In this document: positions 35,177 through 48,600 of the stretch, one piece after another
Layout: each line of letters starts with the position of its first letter
Position numbering within the stretch: the stretch's first letter is position 1
DNA from: Lingula anatina
Lineage: Eukaryota > Animalia > Brachiopoda
DNA length: 64,000 nt
Direction: 5' to 3'
Assembly (NCBI GenBank): GCA_051362555.1
Contig: CM120640.1
Coordinates: 1,674,001-1,738,000, forward strand
Position numbers and translations under genes: made by a program
The notes under the pieces: generated by a model
Seen by the model: the letters and a program-made list of their open reading frames with translations, nothing else
Databases searched by the model: none
What the model was told of the DNA's origin: nothing

Positions 35177-38100
35177 ATGCACCAATATTTGATTAACACC
35201 AAAATGGAAGAAGAAAATTGGGTACAGCAAGAAGACGTGTTCAGACGATGGGGAGCACGTGCTGGGACGTTAAGCAGGAGGATTATTGGGACAAGTGTTA
35301 ATCTGTGTAAAAAATATAAAAAAAACTTGAAAGATGGGCAAATTGATTTGGAAACTAGTAAAATATTATTCCTGGGAGATTCTGGTGTAGGAAAGACAAC
35401 CCTGCAACGCTATTTCCGAGAAAAGAATTTCGTAAAAAGTTACAATAGTACTCGAGGAAATGAAAAGCACCACGTGGAAACTGCCGCCGTAACGGACACT
35501 TGGGAAGATGTTAAGGATCCTGAAAATGAACAGCAATATGCTGCTAGTTACGCTACAGTGCAAATGACTGACAATTCTGCTTCCCAAGCAGATGATCAGG
35601 GATCATCATTTGATCAACATTCCAAACTTGTATTTGGATTACTATGCCTATGTGTTGCTTTTGCTTCATTTCCCTTTGGGTTATGTTCTTTAAAAATCAT
35701 AGGGTGCCTATTCTCTACAATCCTTTTTTCTGGCAACCTGCCCTTGGGCATAAGATTTGGCGAAGGTACAGCTCTCAGTATGTTTTGCAGCTATGCCTGT
35801 ATCGAAATCCTATACGTTGACAGCAATATGCAACAGAGAATGGATAACCCGGACTTGTTATTGGTATTCCAACGTGGTATTCTTTGTTGCGGGTTGGTGA
35901 TAGGGTTTGTGTTAGGATTTGGGTGTAGGGCAGGAACATCATTGGTTTTCAGCTTTGTCTGCCTCAAAAGTCAAGGTAGTATTCTTAGATTTTTCCAAAT
36001 TGTTTTAGCAATGTTATATGAGTGGTGTATTGACTTTCAGCAGGCATCAACAATATTTCTCATTTCCAGCATTGCATTGACGGTTTGTACTAAATTATGT
36101 CAAGGGAAAATCAACACGAAAAAAATTTGCCTTCAATTAGTCGTTTCAAACTTTGCTACTGCCCTCATATGTGAGATGATAAAAAGAGGCAAATATTTGA
36201 ATTTACTGAGCGAGAAAACAACAGTTATCGCGTTAATTGGGATAGGGGATGCTTCTGCCATCTTCCTTTGCAAAACCGCGTCAAAATATCTAATGTATTG
36301 GATTTGCCAGTTTTACATTTGTTTGCTCACGATAGCGATAATCGTTTGTTTTTATTCCTCCTCTTTCCATCATTACGTAATTATATTGTTGAATGTGTTT
36401 TTTAGTGCTATGTTAGAATACACGACAGGGATGGTCATTGGCCGGCCTCTTGCAAAAGTTTACGATATACATTTCCTTTTCCGAAGGACACTGGGCTTTA
36501 TTCTAGGTGCCGCAATGGTCTATTTTATGAACTGGACGATCGCTTTTCCTCTTGGAGAATTTTTTTTAGATCAGTTGTTGTCTGTTGGTAGTATTGTTGC
36601 ATACGAGATGTGGGGCTTTTGGCAGGTGAAACAAGCAATGGCAACGGGTATTGATTTAACCAAAATAAGACTGGCAAAATCAAAATATGAGAATGGAATG
36701 TCAGGCATGCGTATTAAGTTTATGTTAATTGATTGTGGAGGACAAGAAGAATATCATTATTTCCATCATTTATTCATACCAAAGGACGCTGTGTACATCA
36801 TCGTATTTAACTTTGAAGCCGCTAAAAAACTCAAAGATAGCAATGAACTCCGCATACAATCCAGACAGCTTCGCTATTGGTTAAACTGCGTGTTGGCTCA
36901 TATATGTTTGCCTGATGAAGAAATTGACAAAAATCATAGGCCTATCTTCATTGTTGGGACACACAGGGACAGTGTTGATAAGGAGGTCAGACAAACGATA
37001 TCTGAGGAATTGACACGTTTTTTGAAAAAAGAATGCTTGGATGGATACATTGCCAGGAATGAAAAAACTTATATTTATGAAGTAGAGAATTCGAAACCGT
37101 TGAAGGGGGACCAAGCAGGGAAACACCTCAGGCAGCAAGTTGCAACAACTGCCGCATTTAAAAGACGAAAAACCAAGATCAAATGGCTAAAATTTTTAGA
37201 AATATGCCAAAGCTGTCTCCAATAATGAAAAAGGAAGACCTGAAAGTTTCTGTGAAGAAGAAAGGCATTGTTGTAAACCAGGATTTTGACAATTTTGTCC
37301 ATTACTTCAGCGACAGGGGTGATATTTATTGTTGTGGCGGTGCAACAAACTTTATCATTCCGCAGTGTGGACATTCATGGTTTGTAGAGTTGTTTCTAAA
37401 CATGATAGAGCGAGAGGGAAAAGGAAATGGCGTCTTAAGGGAAGAAACCATGAATACGGCTATAAGCGATACGATTAAGACCCTTAATGAAAGCCAATCG
37501 ATGACGCCTGAAGATTTAAAAAATGTCTGTACAAAACTTCTGGAAGATAGTGACTTAATCGTTAAAGATCCCACCAGCTCCTATTACCTTGTGCCAAATC
37601 AATTGGAAATTGCTAGCGAAGAAAATAGGGCTTCTCTTTGGAATGTTTCGAAAAACAAAGAAATTCAGTTTGTTTGGGACTTTGGGAAATTTGTGCCAAA
37701 TCCAATCTTATGGAGGCTTTTTTCTCTACTGCTCAGGGTAGACGAAAGCTCTGTGAATACGAGCTTTAAGCAAACTGTGTACTCCGATTTTGCCGTCTTC
37801 AAAGAACCATCCGAAGGAATCAGATACATACTTGAAAAGAAATGTAGTAATACACAAAACGTGATTTTGTTTACCACGATCACAGACCCTAAAGTACCAG
37901 AGGGTGCCATAGATCAACAGGCATTATCAGTCTTTGCTACTGTTCACGAACATTTGGACAATATATGCAAAACGTGTTTCCCGGGGCAGAAATATTCCGT
38001 GGGGTTAGTCTGTCAGTTACAAGAGGAACACAGTTGTTTGTGGAAGGAAAAGGTTAGTAAAACATGATAATTGCATTTTAAACAATGCAGCAAAGCCGTC

Positions 38101-40789
38101 AATTGTACAGACAAAAGCAGAAAATAAAAATGCACAAAATAGGCTACTGTCAATTCTAATGGAATAATACGTTATGTTTAACGGCAAATGTAAATTATCC
38201 TCAACAGGTAATACTGATGTTTACAGTAAAATGTGTAACAAGCATAAGGCCTCAGGCCCATATGAGTTCAAATTCACACTTTGAAAATGCCAGAATGAGA
38301 AGGGTGAAAATTTCACAAAAAATGCATAAATTTTTAAAAAACCAAGAGGATCTAAGAGGCGATACCGCCTCTGGGTATTGTGCTACCAGCTGGAGTAAGC
38401 GCATTTATATGAAAAACAAAAAATGGGACACCACCTCCAATGTTGTGCTTGACAAGCGGTGCAAAATGTAGTAAACAAGAGTTCTTAATTTTTTGTAGAA
38501 AATTTTTATTTACAACAAAATTTTGGGGAAACTTAAAATGTCATATCCAAGGTTGCAGTAAGCTTGTGGATGTAGGACTTCCATCCAAGTTAATTGCAAT
38601 TCAGGGAGAATCCCCTCGAAGATAGTTCGATCCAAGGTTAGTTCTATAGTCTCTTGTCTCATATTTTGACCTTGAATTTGACCTTTGGCCTATTTTTCAA
38701 CATGAACTTTTCTAATTTTCCCACCCATATCTTCATAACTGGCAGAAATAAGCCCATATATTGATCTTGAATGGAAAGTGATATCAGCAATCATATTGTG
38801 ACCTTGAATTTTATGTTTGATCTACTTATTATCATGAACTGCACTATGCAAGTTTTCTGACCCTTATATTCCCAAAACTAATAAAGATATGCCAATATTT
38901 ACAATAAGACTTGAATAGGAACTCCTTCATTGACAGTCTTCCTCTGACCTTGAATTTTGCCTTTTCCTACTTTTTACTATGAACTGAACTTTACAAAATT
39001 TCCAAACATTTTATCTCTAAAATTGGTAGAGATACGCTAATAGTTACTATTGAACTTGAATGGACCTTTGGCCTATTTTTCACCATGAACCGCCCTTCGC
39101 AAATTCCCAAGCTCTTATATTTAATATTGAACTTGGATGGAAGTCCTATATTCACAACCTTATTGCAACCTTGGATTTGACATTTTACATTTCCCTAAGA
39201 ATTTGTTTTAAATTGAAATTTTCTACTTTAAACTTCTATGCAATATAATATAATGCTTAACAGCATAATGTCCATCAATTTTTAATAATAATATAAAAGT
39301 ATCATGGGTATTCAGAAAATGTGACTAACAAAGGTCTTCAAGCCCGTGGAGGTTAAAAGTCAAAAATGAAAATGCCAAATTGTGAAATACTAAATTTTCA
39401 CAAAAACCTGTACAACTTCCTGGAAAATCAACCAATCAGACTTGTTGTCCAGCAAAAATTGTATTTAAGTCATATGTTGCTTTCCTGTAAGTTTGAGAAG
39501 AGTTAGTGACATCGTTTTCCTTTAGGATCACTATGGCAGCAGTGCCCATAATAAGGTTCTCTTCAATTTTGATACAATATAACATAATACCTAACAGCAT
39601 AGTCAATCTCATTTAATGGTCACTTGAAACGTAATTAGGCAAGTTATTTAATAGCTCTGAATTTAGCTGGTGAGTACCCAAGAGACAATTACAGTCTGAC
39701 CACACTAAACATAGTGAATGATTGAATCTGACAAACTGCAATGATATGAGTTTATTTCCATGTTTGACAATTTTTTACACAATACTCTATATAGTCTAAT
39801 AACATTTCTATAAAATCAATTAACAATATAGTTAAGATGCAGAAAATGTCAAAAGAAAACTTTCACATGTTTGATTTGTTCAATAATGAGTCGATAATGA
39901 GACAGAGACACCTGGATCTAACATAAAATCAGTTGTTTTATTTACAGGACCACGTTCATATGTACCATCTAGGAGATGAAAAAATATCGAGAGCCGAGTT
40001 ATGTGATAACATCAAGGAGGGAATATTTGCCGAGTGTAAATGTGAAGCAGCATCAGGGAAGAAAATCTACGTGTACAAGGTACGTGATTTAAACTGTTAT
40101 ATTTCGATCCAACCAGATTGTATTAAAGTCGATCTTGTAGATCTTGTAGGCAACATAGCACGATAACAACGGCTACAGAACTGAATATGATAGTTTATTT
40201 ATTGTTCAAAACATACAACTAGTAATAAATAAAGGATTCCATTTCAAAGCATTTTGTGCAAAATATTTGAGAAAATCATGAAGTTCACCTCCACCCCCTT
40301 CAACTAAACTTTGAAAGTCAGAACGCATTCAAACAATGGTGACACGGTGACAACTCAACATCAGTTCATCTGAAGAATATCAATAATATCAAAACGTTGT
40401 GACCTCCGTTCCAAACATAAGACTCTTTCTCATTCAAGTTGTCTTTAACTTGTATTAAATTTTAGAATCATCAAGAAATTCTACAAAGCAATTGGATCAG
40501 TCTTGCGGGAGGATTCAACCCTTTACTCATTGTGGATGGTCTTTTCGCAAAGAAAGTTTTGGATTTTGATGATAGGACAGCTGTTAGGAAGGCGTGTGAA
40601 ACTTCACTGAAGGAGGGAAGCCATAAACTATTAGAGATATTGTATAGCTGTCCTCCGGAAAGAGATCCTTTGAGTCATTTTTGCCGTGTTCTGCGTGGTA
40701 ATGGTTATTTTGAAATAGCTGAGAAGATATGTCCAGAAACTGCAGAAAACACAGCAGTGAAAACGATTGACAATGTCATCAACGAATGA
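35177..40789 (+). pseudogene. ROCO gene 2 (paralog): Roc with TM block - COR - CARD; one frameshift near 37203 (pseudogene, null allele or assembly error)
   Basis: Exons 35177..38052, 39948..40079 and 40466..40789. Motifs GDSGVGKTT, STRG, DCGGQ, VGTHRD. TTT TTA GAA AT ATG CCA versus gene 1 TTT TCG AAA ATC ATG CCA indicates a 1-nt loss. Confidence 0.8.
38660..39890. repeat. Intronic repeats: ~145-bp GACCTTGAA units (38660-39190) and an inverted copy of the 18720-19620 repeat (39240-39890)
   Basis: Example: AACATAGTGAATGATTGAATCT at ~39708 is the reverse complement of sequence at ~18904. Confidence 0.7.
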
Positions 40790-40820
40790 AGGTAAATCTG
40801 TGAAAAGTGAATACATACTT

Positions 40821-41116
40821 CAGTGGCGGATTTATAGGGGATCAGGGGGTCTCCCCCCACCCCCCACCCCCCTTCGATTTCTGAAAAAAATCACACCAAT
40901 GGTTCCCTCTTGAAATTAGAATTTTGACTAGCTGAATCATAGTTCTAAAGAATACCAATGGCACCGTTCGTCCTCTAAAATGCCAAAAATTGTCGAGGCC
41001 CTATCGCCGGTCCCGGCCCCCACGCCAATGGGGAGCGTGGGGAGGTTCGAATTCGCATCTGCGGACCGCCCCCCCCCCCCCCCCACCCCCTTCAAATAAT
41101 CCTGGATTCGCCCCTG
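40821..41116. mobile_element. hAT-like MITE (CAGTGGCGGAT...ATTCGCCCCTG); related copy at ~61277-61533
   Basis: Imperfect TIRs and a shared internal block TTTCTGAAAAAAA-TCACACCAAT...TTGAAATTAGA-TTTTGACTAGCT-AATCATAGTTCTAAA. Confidence 0.7.
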
Positions 41117-41837
41117 TACCTGTACTCCGTGCAAAATGGTGAAATAAATTTCACGAATTTCAAATTAAATTGTGCGACCTATCACGGACTTATCATCAAC
41201 TAATCTCAATAAGAAAATCATTGAATGTACCGTAAGGATGTCTGTTTCCTTTGAATTGAGGAAAAGAAGATAAACAATTTTACATTGATAGAAAATAATC
41301 TATGTGTAAATGTTGAAAAACTAAATAGTACATTAATCATTTTTCAAATTCCGAAAATAATCCAATGGTTTTCTACTAGTCCAACCAACAGTAATGTTGT
41401 GATAGAATGTGTTCCATTACTAAAATAATGCATGTAAGTCGTTAAAGAGGAAAATGTGTTTCAAGCAATTTAAAACCTGATAGGCTTTTGCTGAGTATGT
41501 GATCTCAACTAACACATTGCAGACTGTTACGTGTTGAGTGTAGAAGACTGTACAAGGTGTGAATTGTATTTAAAATCACACACCATTGTTATGTGATAAA
41601 TTGATAATGTTTAATATTATTACTATTGCAATTTTGTCACATTTATACAAAAATCCTATGGTAAAAGGAAGTTATCACTCACCAGACCAGTTTTTTCAAA
41701 GGGTAACTATTTGTAAATGGGCTAAATGTGGAACATCTTATAATCATGTAGTAGTCAAATTATAATTATATTGTATTCCAGTGACATTATATAATTATAT
41801 TTTTTAAGAAGTCCCTCAGGCTCTTGGCAGAGAAACA

Positions 41838-42068
41838 GTAATGACTCAATCATTTTAATGGGCAAAAATTATCAAACTTTGAGATACATAATTTTAGAAA
41901 CATTGAAATATATTTCTGTGTAGTATTTGTAGTCCTTTTCTCTATAAAATAGAACTGTTAGGTAGCTACAACTCAAAAGAAATGTTCTAATTTTAACAAT
42001 ATGTAACTTGAAAAAATAGTTTCCGTAAAATTCACATTTTCCCCATTAAAAAGATCGGGGTCATTACC
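41838..42068. mobile_element. ~230-bp MITE; diverged copy at ~25543-25800
   Basis: Imperfect TIRs GTAATGACTCAATCATTTTAATGGG / CCCATTAAAAAGATCGGGGTCATTAC. The interior is similar to 25560-25800. Confidence 0.55.
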
Positions 42069-42384
42069 GAATATGGATTAAAAAGAAACAATCACATTCT
42101 GAAATTTACTACTGAAGTGCCATAGAAATTGCAAAATTACTTCTATAATAAACATAGTAATGTTAATCTACTTAGAAAATGTGTCTCATTTCATCATTTT
42201 AGTGTGCGTGTGTATGTGTGTATGTGTGTGTGTGTGCGTGTGCGTGTGTCAAACTGTACGCTTACACCAGTCCAGTTAGGTCTATAAGTTGTACATGTAA
42301 TAACACCACCCCAAGTTTCAGACCACTCATCTACCTCTGCTGATAATGTGTTCACAGAGTAGAGGTAGGCCATAGACTGGGTTC

Positions 42385-42627
42385 CCATGCCTAGACCGAT
42401 CCATCTGGATCAATCTAACTCCCTGGGGAGTCTCACTAAATTGCTATCAACTTGACTGGCTTAAATGTCCGTCATGCCTACCCAAGCGGCTAGGGGGTAA
42501 AGATGATTAACCCCTAACAGCTTTACTAGGCGTGGAAGACATTTAAGCCAGTTAAGTTGTTAGCAAAATTTTAGTAAGACTCCCCAGGGAGATAGATAGA
42601 TCCAAATATCTGTGGGAATGGTCCCTT
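42385..42627. repeat. Short dispersed repeat with an internal inverted duplication; simple copy inverted at 50020-50188
   Basis: CTCCCTGGGGAGTCTCACTAAATTGCTATCAACTT occurs at 42420 and reverse-complemented at ~42555-42592 and ~50108-50142. Confidence 0.8.
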
Positions 42628-44303
42628 AGTCAAAATTTGGCATTACAAAAGAATTTTAACAAGCCACCCATAAAGTCATTTGACACAGGCTATTTATTGA
42701 TTTATTTATTTACACAGTCAGTGTATGTGTACACCAGAAGGCGCACTCAGCAGGTGTCATCAAGATTTGAAGTTTTGGTTCATCAATAACATTAAATCTA
42801 AACCATTCACCGTAGACTCAATGTTTAATGGTTGCAGATAAAATCAGCCTCATTAAAAAATTTCAAGATGTAAAAATTTGATTGATAAAAATTAACAAAA
42901 ACTTTTTCATATTCTTGTAAGGCTGAATCTATGTCCACTACACATCAGTTTCTGTTGTCATATTTAACACAAGCTGAGAAAATGCAAACATATTTGCTCC
43001 AATAATTTTTTCAAATGACACTTAATCTAGGAACTGCAGATAAGCTACACATTGCTACAGTAAAAAATATGACACAATCTTTTAATCTAACAATTATTCT
43101 GATTTTTCTTTATACAAGTACCTTTACTACAAAGGCAATATACATCAAGTCTTTCTTCTTCAAATACTTGTATATCTTCCACATCAAATCTACAATGCAA
43201 ACAAAAAAAATGACACCAAATACAATACTGTTAACAAAAAAAAAGACATTGTTGATGACCACTAAACGTATTGCATTAAAATGATATTGCACCTTGGAAT
43301 CTGCAATACTGACTAGCCTACGGTCTTTGGTTCAGTTCAGTCCACTAAAGTGTAAAAAAATCAACACAGCTATGTACAGTATTTCCCCTGGAATTCACAC
43401 TAGGCATGGGGGGTGGACCAAGCTCAGACTAAAGTACCCCACCATATATGATAATAATCATAGAACTAAAATGAGTATAAAAGTAAGGAATCCAAGACTG
43501 TGATGGAATAATCAATCTGTGATACCGAAAATCTTGTTGTTAACATTGCAAACCTGCCAACAAAAGTAAGTAAAGTAAAATACTCCTGCCCATAGTAATT
43601 TTAAAACCAGTATGTTATGTCAATTCTGGTTACATGCACAAATGTATAAGCAAAAATATTGATCCACTTTAGGGAGTAAACAACAAATTATAATTTGTCT
43701 TTGGGTCTTTATGCTTTTACTCTATTAATCTCTTTCTGATATTCTCTCAGCTCACTTGGCAAGTGCATGGATAGAGGGAAGGTAGTGTCGGCATTTTTCA
43801 ACTGTTATTCCAATCATCAGCACGATACATAACACAATCCTTGAAAGTTGAAAATTATTACATATAACAGAGACTTACAATTTGAAGATTTTAAAAAACT
43901 GGCATTCTGGTCATTTTACTTAAATTAGCAATATATTGGTTGTAAAATAATTACAAAAAGACTTACATCAAACCTTTACTTATTATATACAACAATATCA
44001 TTACACTGCTAAATACTGTTCTCCAATTGGTCTATACATTCATTTATGTCTAAGGATGTCTGCTAAGGAGAGAAATTTACCCAAAGGTAGTTGTTATATC
44101 CGTAATAAAATACTGTCTGCAGAAAAAAGTTAATATAGATCTCATAAAAGAATGATATTTTCTCCACAGCACAAAATATCCACTGGGACATAATAATAAT
44201 AATAATAACTCCCTTTCCTGGATGAGATTTCCACCATAACAGAGACCTTCCAGTCTGCACATATAACACACATTCTCAGATATTTCTCCAAACTTTACAC
44301 TAT

Positions 44304-44478
44304 GGCCCCATTCAGAATAGGGGACTAACTAGTCTGATGGTCAAATATGACTGACCCACTTGAATACTTCCCCATGGGATATCTATTTAGTGTCTACTAG
44401 CAGATTAGACGGCAAGCTTTGTAGAGGGTCACCATATTTGACCCTCGGACTAGTTAGTCCCCTATTCTGAATGGGGCC
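44304..44478. mobile_element. ~175-bp MITE with long TIRs; second copy at ~62805-62962
   Basis: GGCCCCATTCAGAATAGGGGACTAACTAGTC ... GACTAGTTAGTCCCCTATTCTGAATGGGGCC. Confidence 0.8.
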
Positions 44479-45684
44479 TTTATGGTTTCTTATAACAATG
44501 GGCTGCTTCAGTCATGTTTACATTAAAGATATGCCAACCCAAGCTGGATTAATATTGGGGGGGGGGGGGGTGATGAGGCTTATCCAGGGTTTTTCCTCTA
44601 TTCCCATATGTATACCCCCATGCCACAGGTATGAAGGTAGCAGAACAGAGAGACAATCCTTGTTTCCCCTGGTAAACCTCCTATATCAGTCAGCATGAAA
44701 AGAATGGTCACATTTAGAACTGTTCTATCTTTACTGGAAACTTGACTTGAATAACATATCTGAAGATTACCACATTTTCAGTGAAATATAAGGCAAGATT
44801 TCTTTAAGGATATAATAAAAACTCAACCTCACACTCCCATCCCTATTAATGTAAAACTATAGTGTAAGGCACCTTCAACTGCCCATTTTGTATTCTTGGT
44901 ATTGCTCCTTCATCTTAACTACTTTACTTCACCTGTAAAGAAACCTAAGTGTTCACTAATACATTGTGTACTATCTATCTGATACATCATATGACAAGAC
45001 TTCCATACAAATACTTAAGTAAAGAAAATACTATGTCTTATTAATGACCATATCATTTGTCAAACAAAAAATTGACCAAGACTAACATCCAGTTTCAAAA
45101 GTTTTGCAGCACCTTGTTTTCTACACAGCTACACCATATACAAAACATCAAACTTGGTTGCTTCCACACTAAATCTACAACCACGACTACTATGACCATG
45201 ATGTAAAAACGTCATGGCAAGTTTTGGAATTATTGGGCGTCTTCTCTAGTTATTTATATACAACCTATTTCAACTCAAAGAAGACAGCTTTCCACCACTG
45301 ACAACTTAGAAGGTTAAACATGACCATTTTTCTCTCCTTTGGTAAGCAAGAGATACAGTAGTTGGGTTTTATAACAACTGCTACTTAAAGAACTAGGTTT
45401 AAAAATTGTTAGGTATTGTATCAGACCATACAAAACTGGATAACTCTTAGAGATTGTTTTATGTCTGTGTTCTTTTATAAATGTTCTTTGGTGGAGCCAA
45501 CACAATACATAACTCAAAAGAAGGCTGGAACAGGTTGGTTTGTATTGACCAGGTTGAATACATGACCCTATGTTTTTGATACAATGTATCTGATCTGACA
45601 ACTGCAACAATGGTCATCCACCACATGGGGTGAAACAGGAGGGGGGACTTAATTCAATGTCTTACATGGACATAAGTGCCTTTC

Positions 45685-48600
45685 TCATGTCTCTTCATTC
45701 TCCATCTTAACAACTGGTGGTTTTGTCTGATGGACCTTTCCGGACAGGGACAAAATGGCTTGGTTCACTGCAGCTATTTCCACTGCCATCGATAGCTGCT
45801 CTGCGTCATTAGTGGAATCATTCTGCGACAGGTCCTGGGGCCCAGACTCTGAATTGCTTTCATGTGATTGGTCACTGTTTTGGTCAGGTGACCTGGCACT
45901 ATCTTGTTTCATCATGCTCAGAACAGCCATGTTGGGTCTTCCTTTGCCGCGGAATCCTAACGTGTTTAGGTCGAGACCCTCTGAAAAGATCACATACACA
46001 CACTTATAGGATCAGTTGTTAAAATTAAAATAGAAAAAACAAATCAGCAATAAAATTGACAAAAATGGACGTTTGCGTGGGTGTCAAAAATGTCCTTACT
46101 GCCTGAATATGAACTTGCAGCAACCTTTACCTCAGTGATCTGGTATACAACATTTGGTGACTTTGTAAAACATTTAAAACTGCACAATACTTAGATATTA
46201 AATAATATATCAGTAATACATTGATTACCAAGCTATTAGAAAAATCAACCTCACTGTCAGAAAATTTCAATTCAGAAATTTGGTCTTACACAGAAGAGTC
46301 ATCATTTAAACCCCCTTTACACTGGACGGCGTCCTTCCTGCAGCATTGTCGTGATCATAGAAAGGAGGCACAAGAATCGCTTTGGTTGCAGAATGAATGC
46401 ACACTCAATGATCGGCCAGTATTTTTTTTACAGGGCCATACTACTGGTGGCAGAAAAGACACCATCCAGTGTAAAGGGGGCTTAAGGAAAAAAGTTGATG
46501 TTCTCCTTGTTACGTACCCTCCATGGCAAGTCTTTTCATCTCTTTCCTTTTATTTGCAAACCAGTTGGTGACGTTCTGCAGAGTAACTTCTCTTCCTGTA
46601 GTGAATATACAACATACACAATTTAAAATATGCATACATATTTATCTGTCTACAACACAAAATTAACACCATCAAATCTTAGCCATGTTCTAGTGTTTTT
46701 TTTTTACATGTTCTTTTATCTTTATTTATATTTTATAAACATGTTATCTGTACTACAATATATTTCATTCCTTAACTGATCAGACATTTGTTGATCTGCA
46801 GTGTACAAAGGCTCTTTCCCAATGAAACTTTTATTCTACATAGAATGATCCAAGTCTTCAACGTGACTCCTCCTGGCATTAAGTAGAATATAGAAAAGCA
46901 GGTGATTATATGATTATGATGGAAACAAGAGAAAGCATGCTGACCTATTTTTCTGATTCCATTCAGCTAGAGTCACCGCAGAATCGGATTGACCTACATG
47001 GAATAATAATTTCACTGGGAACGAGCCTTAAGATCATGTGTGGATAATAAATGAAGTCACGTCACAGTTTGGGAGCACAAAAGTACACAAAATGCGGCCT
47101 AACCATGAACAGGTGCTACTCTATTGCACTCATTAGCTATGTCTTCTCTTCTCTCCACGCTGGGGTAGCTGTCCCGCTGGTAGTAACCCTCAAGAATCTC
47201 CAGATGAGCAGGGCGAAACGTGAATCTCTCCCGACGCCCAGAGAAAGAAAAGTCTTGTGGTTCAGCTAGGGAAGGGGGTCGCCCTGGGGTACGGTTTTGA
47301 ACAAAAGCTGGAGGCACAAGCACTGGAAAAAATGAGAGAGTAGATATTATATTATATTATATTATATTATATTCAGAGTCTACAAGAAGGACAGGTATGT
47401 CCCTTCTTCCAAAAAACAAGGCTTTCCGAAGTGCCTTTTTACCAAGCTGCCAACTGAAAGCACTGTCTATATTTTCATATATCTACTTTAGAAAGTAAAA
47501 AAGTTCAACAATCTAAAGCTTGTTACCACCTATTTTAAGCTGGTACAGATTAAGAGATAAAAATATTTATAACTGAAGACCATCTGTTAGCTAATCATAT
47601 AACAGAACCTTAAATAAAGTACAAGAAGACATGAAGTACAACAGGCTGGCATATATTATTTACTCATTTTCAATAGTTTATTCATTAAGTTGATTTTAAG
47701 CTGAATCAGTGTACAGACAAAAAGAAACATTATTAATGTCTTATTCAAAAACCCAAAAATATTTTCATGTTTCAATAAAACTTTATATATTAATGTAATT
47801 TTTTGTCTTAATTAAACAAGCACAATTTTGTTTTCAATGTAACTCATTTGAATTTGTTCCAATCTTTACATACAAGTTTTTTAAAAAGTTAAACTGCAAC
47901 ACTTCACACAAATTTAAGAGTGGAAACAAAAACTGCCAAAAAGGAGATCCCCCACCCCTTCTTCATAGGAAGATAGTATTGCAGTTGCTGAGAATTTTTG
48001 TTGACAAATAAACCATAAATAAATACAAACAAATAAATAAACTTACTGGCTAAAGCTGGGTTTTTCTTCAACTGGAGGTATGACTTGTAGATTGCCTTCT
48101 TGCTCCTGTCGGACATCTCGCCCGTCTCTCCTCTGTAAAACCTGCTCACATATGCCTGGCTGAGACCTAAACACACAAACAGACGACCATTTTTTTCTGC
48201 CAAATTATGAAGGTAAATCAGCATTATTTATGGGCAAGTTTATTGCAAGCAGTTGAATTTTCGCATAACTGCAAGCAGTTGAATTGAAATTTAATGTTTG
48301 ACTGAATTTGCTGCTGAAGTCAGGGGGATGACTTACCAGTCTAAAATTGCTCCATGATTCATATTCATATTGTAAAGTCTGCTGAACATAACTGAATTTT
48401 AGACTTAAAATAATAATATTTATAATTGTCCTAAATCTAAACACAGACCACCTAATCCTGAGTGATGTCTGGCACTCATTGCTACATGCCTCCATTAATG
48501 ATCTTGAATTTAATCTTTAAATAAATAATGGCATTTAAGGAAATGAACATTTAACAATTGGGGTTAGTTTGCAAGACTCTCAAACAAATCAAAATCACTC

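Larger units (their letters stand above)
33181..40800 (+). other. Segmental duplicate of the 9087-16070 region (upstream DNA plus first three ROCO exons)
   Basis: 33181-33560 aligns with 9087-9470, 34280-35170 with 10475-11500, and the exons are collinear. Confidence 0.85.
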
